This document shows positions 57,495-64,000 of a stretch of 64,000 nucleotides of DNA, in pieces. The stretch covers positions 27,776,001-27,840,000 of the forward strand of contig OX442314.1 of the NCBI GenBank assembly GCA_949358305.1, given 5' to 3'. Position 1 is the first letter of the stretch; every line of letters begins with the position of its first letter. The position numbers and the translations under genes were made by a program. The notes below the pieces were generated by a model that saw only the letters and a program-made list of their open reading frames with translations, was not told the DNA's origin and ran no database searches. This DNA is from Strigamia acuminata (taxonomy: Eukaryota).

Positions 57495-58132
57495 ATGCCC
57501 GTTCCTAAAGCTTTGCGCATTCGCCGGATCCGCATTCGTACTCGCCAATTTGTGCGACAAGAATTGCAAACTTCATTGTCGGGCAAAGACAGTTTGCAAT
57601 ATATAAACAAGGTTGTCGAGAACACTGGAATAGTTCGTGCAGTTTGGTTGGTTGGTTGGTTTGTTTGTTTCGGCATTTGCGGTTATCAAACATGGGAAAG
57701 ATTACAATTCTACATGTCTGGACCCTTCAAAGTTGAAATTGATTTTGTTCCAATTCAAGAAAGTAGACTCAATGAAGCTAGATTTATGGCTCTTGATACT
57801 CCTCTGATGTCGGAGTACTGGGACAAAATACCAGAAGGTAATTCAATTGATGATGTAAAAGAGAGAATGAGAGCTTGCAGAAACCCAGTGAGAGGAATCA
57901 TTTCGAAGAAAGTCAAAGTTAAAAATTACACACACTTGTGGGAGAATTCCAACATTTCAGAAAATATGCAGCACTTTAAGTTCAGACAAGTAAGTAACCT
58001 TGGATAAATAAAAGAGCTATATGAAAAAATATTGTTGCCAGTATTTTGCTAATTACTACTTTATCAGGGCAAAACTATATTACTTGAAACCAAGATGAGA
58101 AGTGGCAATTACACAAACCAGGAGACAACAGT
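57495..58132 (+). pseudogene. Second DEG/ENaC gene copy: exon 1 and start of exon 2, disrupted by an LTR
   Basis: Close paralog of 9251-10260. The exon 2 sequence breaks off at gagacaacagt|tgttgcg. Confidence 0.85.
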
Positions 58133-59387
58133 TGTTGCGATCTCAAATGTTCACTTCATTTGTGGAGAAGTTTTTCTACCACGTTTTTAACATATTATTT
58201 ATATTTTAACCGTAATCATTAGAATTGTGTTTTTTGCCATGCACCTGTTGCGCTTTTGGGCAATTGGCCCAGAAGCTGTAACGGCTGCCCTGGCATTTTG
58301 AGCCCTGGATTGGGGCGTTGCTAAGTCAATCCCCAAATTTTGCACCGTTGCTAGGGCTGAAGCGTGCCTTGGCACACGCCACGCCTGCGCACTGGCCGTT
58401 TTCCGGCCATATTCCGAGTAATAATTCGAATTATTACTCACTCTTTGCATCACACTCATACCGTTCACACCGACACAGCTTTGTTCACTAACCAGAAACA
58501 CTGTTTTGTCCGTGACTCGTGAGTTTGCCAAGTTTCAACCCGATTTGTTTGAACCAACGTTCAAACGAATCACTTTCCGAGCCGCGAAGACGACGCACGA
58601 CGGCCCAAACCACCGTCGTTCCCGCCGCCGCCCGAAGACCAACGCGCCCACGCCGTTGAAGATCGACGCCAGCCAGCCGCCGAGGATTGCAGAGCCATCG
58701 TCGCCGCTCCTCGACCTGTTGACGACGATTCCGATTCAGATTGCAGGTTTTAACGATCGGCGGTACCCGCCGTTTGACTACTTGTCTCCAACGGAAATCT
58801 CCCGTTGCAATCTAGGGTTTAACCCAAGATTTCCCGTCTTGTCAGGCTTAACAGCCGACACTCTTTGTGAAGTCTTTCGGCTTCACGCTTCCTTTCTCAC
58901 TTCGCAGAATTTGCGCGGCGACGTGTCGCCATTTCTGCACTGCTTTTTCCCGCCCGAAGGAGTCCCGCGCTGCTTCGAGCACGTCGCCTTCCACGCCGAC
59001 GACATCATTCTCGTAGAACCCATTTTATTAACATTCTCTTCAATTGAACCTGTAATTAACGCTCAATAAATTGATTAACTGTTTGATTTAAAATAACTAA
59101 ACTAGCCTTTATTCGAGATCAAATCCCTAGACACCGACTTAACGGCTAACCCACCCGATAGAAGACCTATAAACGGCATTCAACTGCTTCCACAGGTGAA
59201 CGCCGGGATCTCTCGCAATTGGAAAAATCCCATAGTGACTAAATATAAATTTAGTGTTGTTGTGAAAATTCAATTGGAACCATCAGGAACGCAACACTTG
59301 GGGGCCCGTCCGGGATAACCAATTGTTTAAAATTAGAATTTATTCCTACTTTCCTATCATCTTTCTCTCTTATCTGTCTAACCCAGT

Positions 59388-61991
59388 ATGTCTAACTCAG
59401 AAGGAGAAATTCCTATTGATGATGAAGGAGTACAGACTCGTACAAAAACGGGCGCTAAGCGCCGTAGATCGGGTCGTCCTCGAACGGCACGTAATAGTCT
59501 AACGGCTCAACATTTAGCCGAAACTATTGACGCTGTTGCCACCGAGGGTGCCACGACTAAGGAAGTTGGAACAGGCGGTGAAGAACGCGAAGAAGCAATT
59601 TCCGCTGGACCAACGAACTGGGGCGATTCTTCCATGGATTTGGACAACATCGAGATTTCTGAGACGCAACCGGAGGGTTACAAGGAACTTCTGGATCGAG
59701 CAATTCTCCAGGGAGCTCAAGTGACTGACCAAATGACAATTATGGAAATTTACGAAGCTATGTCTAATCATGAAAGAAAACGCCTGGTCGACCACATGAA
59801 CGAGCAGATGGCTGCTGTTACTCGGAAAATGAACTTAGAGTCTCAAGCCAAAGAAGCTGCTGAAAAATCGAATCAAGCTTTGCGAGAAATAAATGCTCAG
59901 TACCGTCACAGTGAAGAAAAACTGAAAAAACAATCGGACGAACTGGAGCGCCAACGCATGGAATTCGATGCTCGAAAGAAACATTTGTCTAAAAAAGAGA
60001 ATGAAGTCTTTAATAGAGAACAGAAGATTGCTTGGGATTCCATAAAGCAACAGGAATCATCTAATGAAGAACTCCGTAGGCAAATGGCAGCCGCCGACAA
60101 AAAAGCTCAAGAAACTGAAGATGAGCTACGGCGAGCCAAATTGCTGAAAGAACAAGAGGAATTTGAGGAGGAACAAGAACGAATACGTGTTGCTGAATTC
60201 GCCTCACAACAGAAAGGTCCTGCCGCCAAGGTGAAAAAGAAAATCGTGCGGCTAGGAGACTCTGCAAACGATGAATCGTCTCAATCATCAAGTGAAGATG
60301 AGCGACAGTCGCGCAAAAGAAGATGTTCCAATGCTGAGGGGCCTACATCAAAAAAGAACGGCGCTTCAGATGCCGAAATTTTCACTAATAGCGACAAACT
60401 CATGACCATGATGGATGAGAGAAATCGTTTGAAGATACAAAACGATTCGCGTCGGTCCAATGATAATTATGACCAATCTGGAAGTCGAAGTGCATCTCCA
60501 GACCCCGAAGATCGTGATAAGGGGGATGAGCGTCAGAAATACGACGATGTACCTCCGCCACGAGGGTCGAAGGACGAATCCCTTTCGGAAGGCGAACAAT
60601 CTACTCGATCTGAGACGCGGAAAGAGCGAAAGAGTCGTTCAAGGATGAAATCAAGAAAATCTCAGTCAAGCGACGAACGTTATTACACTGCTGAACAGAT
60701 CGACGCGATGTTTCAAAAACAAGCGCAGTCAGCAAGTCGAACCACGCGGCTAGCAGAGTTACGTAAATTCGACTTGAAGCGCAAAATTGCAAAATACACC
60801 ACTGATAAGTGGCGGCATAAAATTGCCGATGTAAAAACAATTCGATGGGATCGATTAGTCCCTGATCGTTTTAATGGAGAATTCCAAATGGGATCAACCT
60901 TTTTGGAAGAAATTACAAGAATGGCTCGATTAAATGGTATAACACCTCAAGATACTTTGGAGAAATTAGTCCCAAAATCGTTGGTGGCACGCGCCGAAAA
61001 TTGGTTCGTTGAGCGTGAATTCGTGCATTGGAATCAATTTGTAGAAGCATTCATGCGAGAGTACGCTGAACCTACTGAAGACATTTATCAGTTATGGGAC
61101 AATCTAGCTCAATCAGCGGGAGAAGACATTCGTTCCTATCTTCGCCGAACCGAAGATTTGTTGTCATCATTACCAACACCATCTACTGACCATGATGTGG
61201 ACAGAAAATTTCGAAAGGCGATGACACCATATTCCCGAAGTATTCTGCAAAATGTTGATGCACCGCCGGTCGGATCATTCAAAGAACTCTCACAATTTTT
61301 AAGGGACAATGACCTGAGAATTGAAGAAAAGTATAATGAATATTTGACTCCGGAGGAGACTGCAGCTATTAAAAAACGGCAGTTACGCATTAAAGAATAT
61401 GTGAAAGAAGCTAGGCTTGGACAAGCTCCTTTAATGCAACCCCGAGATCGAGGGGATTACTTTGCGGAGAAGACGGATAAAACTTCAAGTGCCGGACCTC
61501 CGAACCCCCACAAACTACCCAAAAATTCTCGAGCTTACGCGAACCTTGCCTTGTCAGGAGACAACGCAGATGCAGTTGAAGAAGACAGCGCAGGGCTAGA
61601 CCCTTTAGTTGAGAATGCTATTGTATTACTCGCGAAGCATGTCACTGAGAATAAATTCAGACCAAAAATGGTTGGTAAAAACGTTACTTTTAATACAGCA
61701 AACCTTAATACAGATGCTCGATCAAAATCACCTTTGCCGCTACCCATCAAGCCCGAAGTGATTCCGGATACTGAAAAGGAATCGGCTACAGATAAAAAAG
61801 CCGTAGAACCTCGTTCAAAGTCGCCCACTTCAGGAAACAGTCCTAGGCGCAAGTCACCGGAAACCGATCCGTGCCATAGATGTGGAAAGTTGGGGCATTG
61901 GTCAAATCAGTGTCCTGATAGAAGTCCAGCAGCCGCCGAGATAGAAAGTCTTGTCAGCAAGTTGGGCGAAATGATTCGAAAAAACTTGTGA
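59388..61991 (+). CDS. gag: Gag with coiled-coil and RS-rich N-terminus, CCHC knuckle
   Basis: CHRCGKLGHWSNQC knuckle; capsid block homologous to gag of element 1 (RW....RF.G....FL.E..R). Confidence 0.92.
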   Translation: MSNSEGEIPIDDEGVQTRTKTGAKRRRSGRPRTARNSLTAQHLAETIDAVATEGATTKEVGTGGEEREEAISAGPTNWGDSSMDLDNIEISETQPEGYKELLDRAILQGAQVTDQMTIMEIYEAMSNHERKRLVDHMNEQMAAVTRKMNLESQAKEAAEKSNQALREINAQYRHSEEKLKKQSDELERQRMEFDARKKHLSKKENEVFNREQKIAWDSIKQQESSNEELRRQMAAADKKAQETEDELRRAKLLKEQEEFEEEQERIRVAEFASQQKGPAAKVKKKIVRLGDSANDESSQSSSEDERQSRKRRCSNAEGPTSKKNGASDAEIFTNSDKLMTMMDERNRLKIQNDSRRSNDNYDQSGSRSASPDPEDRDKGDERQKYDDVPPPRGSKDESLSEGEQSTRSETRKERKSRSRMKSRKSQSSDERYYTAEQIDAMFQKQAQSASRTTRLAELRKFDLKRKIAKYTTDKWRHKIADVKTIRWDRLVPDRFNGEFQMGSTFLEEITRMARLNGITPQDTLEKLVPKSLVARAENWFVEREFVHWNQFVEAFMREYAEPTEDIYQLWDNLAQSAGEDIRSYLRRTEDLLSSLPTPSTDHDVDRKFRKAMTPYSRSILQNVDAPPVGSFKELSQFLRDNDLRIEEKYNEYLTPEETAAIKKRQLRIKEYVKEARLGQAPLMQPRDRGDYFAEKTDKTSSAGPPNPHKLPKNSRAYANLALSGDNADAVEEDSAGLDPLVENAIVLLAKHVTENKFRPKMVGKNVTFNTANLNTDARSKSPLPLPIKPEVIPDTEKESATDKKAVEPRSKSPTSGNSPRRKSPETDPCHRCGKLGHWSNQCPDRSPAAAEIESLVSKLGEMIRKNL

Positions 61992-64000
61992 GCGCGGGTT
62001 TGGCAGCGAATACGCTGAAACTCGCGCCCGTTGCCTCGGAAACAATTAAGGAGATGGACGTCGACGTTTGTCCCAAGATTGAAGTAACCCATGATTACCA
62101 TGAACCATTGGATAAGAACTATTCAGACTACTGGGATTCAGTAGATAAAAAACATTTGATGGTAGCTCAGTTTAAACCATGTGACCTGAGATTTCCTAAA
62201 GTTGACCTTACAAAACTTAACGAAGTCTTGGCCGAAAAAACGGCCGACAAACGATACTTTCAATATCACGTTAGGAAAGCGCTACAGTGCTATCCCAAAC
62301 CAAGTAAAAATTGGATGGATCGACTTTGGAAAAAATTCCGTCCCAGGTCGAAAGAGGTCGATGAAATCGAAGAAATGACTAGAGCTATGGAAAAAGTCGT
62401 TCTATCATATAACGATGAAATGGACGAACTACCTATTGACTATCCTGCATTAGAACATCGGATACGTAGAGTCACCTGCAATTTGAACATGGAAGATTTT
62501 ACGGGAATTCCGAAAATACAACTACAAACCATGAAAGGACCAATTACTGGATTGTTGGATTCTGGAGCCAATAGAAGCTTTATGGCGGCTTCAGTAATGC
62601 AAAATCTGAAATTGGAAAAAGAATTACAGTACATCTCACCAGGTCTCTGTATTGGAACGGCTGGCAAGGATATTCAACCAGTCGGAACCCTGTTGCTGTC
62701 ATTTCGATGGACACATGGAGTCCTTGTGCATCCTTTCATAGTTATTGAACACCGTTTCCCGATGATTTTATTGGGAAATGATTTCATGAAGCGGCTAAGT
62801 ATACAGCCGAATCCAAAAACAATGTCATGGAACTTTATTACTCCATTGACCGAAACTTTACCATATATACCGCAGTCAGTTTTGGACAGATATAAAACCA
62901 AAATTGAAGAATTACCGCCAGACAATGCTACATTTGTATGTCATGAAGGAATTTTGGCTGGCGCAGCTACTCTGAAAATGGGAGATGATATCACCAAAAT
63001 GGTGAATGATGCCAATCTGACATTGGAGCAAGGACTCTCATTGGCGGAAGTATTGAAGAGACGACAGAGAATTCTATCGAGAGTTCCTGGACGTACACAC
63101 ATAGTGCAGCACGATATCAAGCTGACAACTGATAAACCTATAAGGGTACCATTTAAAAGTTATAACCCTCAGAAAAGGGAAATAATTCGGCAAATCTGTC
63201 AGGATATGGTAGACAAGGGAATTGCTGTGCCTGCCACTGGAGATTATGCCATGCGAATTGTTTTAGTGGTCAAACCGGGGGCCGAACCACGCCTCTGTGT
63301 AGATTATCGGCCATTAAACGAACATACAGAATATGATCCTCCTCAGATGCCGACGATCGAGGAAATTTTGAGAGAAATCGGTTCATTTGAGTGGGTTACC
63401 ACAATCGACTTGACAAAAGGCTATTGGCAGATAGGTTTAACCTCGTCTGCACAGCCGAAAACGGCTTTTTGGAGCCCTATAGGCCGATTAATGTTTTTAG
63501 TTATGGCATTTGGACTGAAAAATGCGCCGACTAGTTTCCAACGTTTAATTGAGAAAGTCCTCGACGAAATGTATAGGCGACAAGCTTGGGCGTACCTGGA
63601 CGATATCATAACTGTTTCAAAGACATATGAAGAACATTTAATCAATGTCGACAAAATTTTAGGAAAATTAGAACAAGCTAATTTGTGTGTCAACCCGGAT
63701 AAGTCGAAATTCTGTAGAAAAGAATTGATTTTTCTTGGGTACAAATTAGGAACCGGCGGACTCGCCGTTGACCCCAAGAAGTTGGATGCAATTACGAAAT
63801 TTCCAACCCCAACCAATCTAAAAGAACTTCAGCGTTTTTTGGGGATGGTTAACTTTTTCCATCGACTTCTAAAAAATTTATCAGTCATGGCAGAACCATT
63901 GAGGCCTTTATTGAAAAAGGATATGGATTTCAATTGGCAACCCAGTCATCAAGAGGCTTTTGAAAAAATTAAAAAAGCCCTCACTGATTCAGGAACAATG
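61979..64000 (+). CDS. pol: Pol (protease, RT), partial and not in the ORF track
   Basis: -1 frame after A_AAA_AAC; GLLDSGA at ~62549, LCVDYR, AFGLKNAP and YLDD at 63593 all lie in that frame. Confidence 0.92.

Larger units (their letters stand above)
50568..58132 (+). repeat. Segmental duplication of 6680-10260
   Basis: Colinear high similarity covering the BACK fragment, interspersed repeat, CACTG element end and channel exons 1-2. Confidence 0.92.
58133..64000 (+). mobile_element. Ty3/Gypsy element 2 (runs off the window)
   Basis: 5' LTR 58133-59296 (tgttgcg...cgcaaca), tRNA-Pro PBS TGGGGGCCCGTCCGGGAT at 59299-59316, gag and pol. Confidence 0.95.

Overview
AT-rich eukaryotic (probably invertebrate animal) genomic DNA, dense in transposons. 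The main host gene is a 12-exon DEG/ENaC (pickpocket/ASIC-like) channel gene (9251-48292, +). I can splice it in frame to 834 aa, and it encodes two channel subunits in one polypeptide (4 TM). Its intron 3 holds a 23-kb Ty3/Gypsy element (11191-34375, -) with 1015-bp LTRs, a tRNA-Pro PBS, gag, a -1 frameshifted pol, and a large non-envelope ORF3 that is probably spliced. The integrase of that element is interrupted by a 9.7-kb non-autonomous LTR element (16897-26561) with 1914-bp LTRs, three tandem tRNA-Gln PBS units and one orphan ORF. Intron 8 holds a MITE containing a decayed BEL/Pao element, which contains a 2.5-kb LTR element whose cargo looks like a truncated STAT. The window also has a 5'-truncated BEL/Pao pol, a segmental duplication (6680-10260 vs 50568-58132) whose second channel-gene copy is disrupted by another Gypsy element, solo LTRs and several MITEs. 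All calls were made by eye, and no database searches were run.
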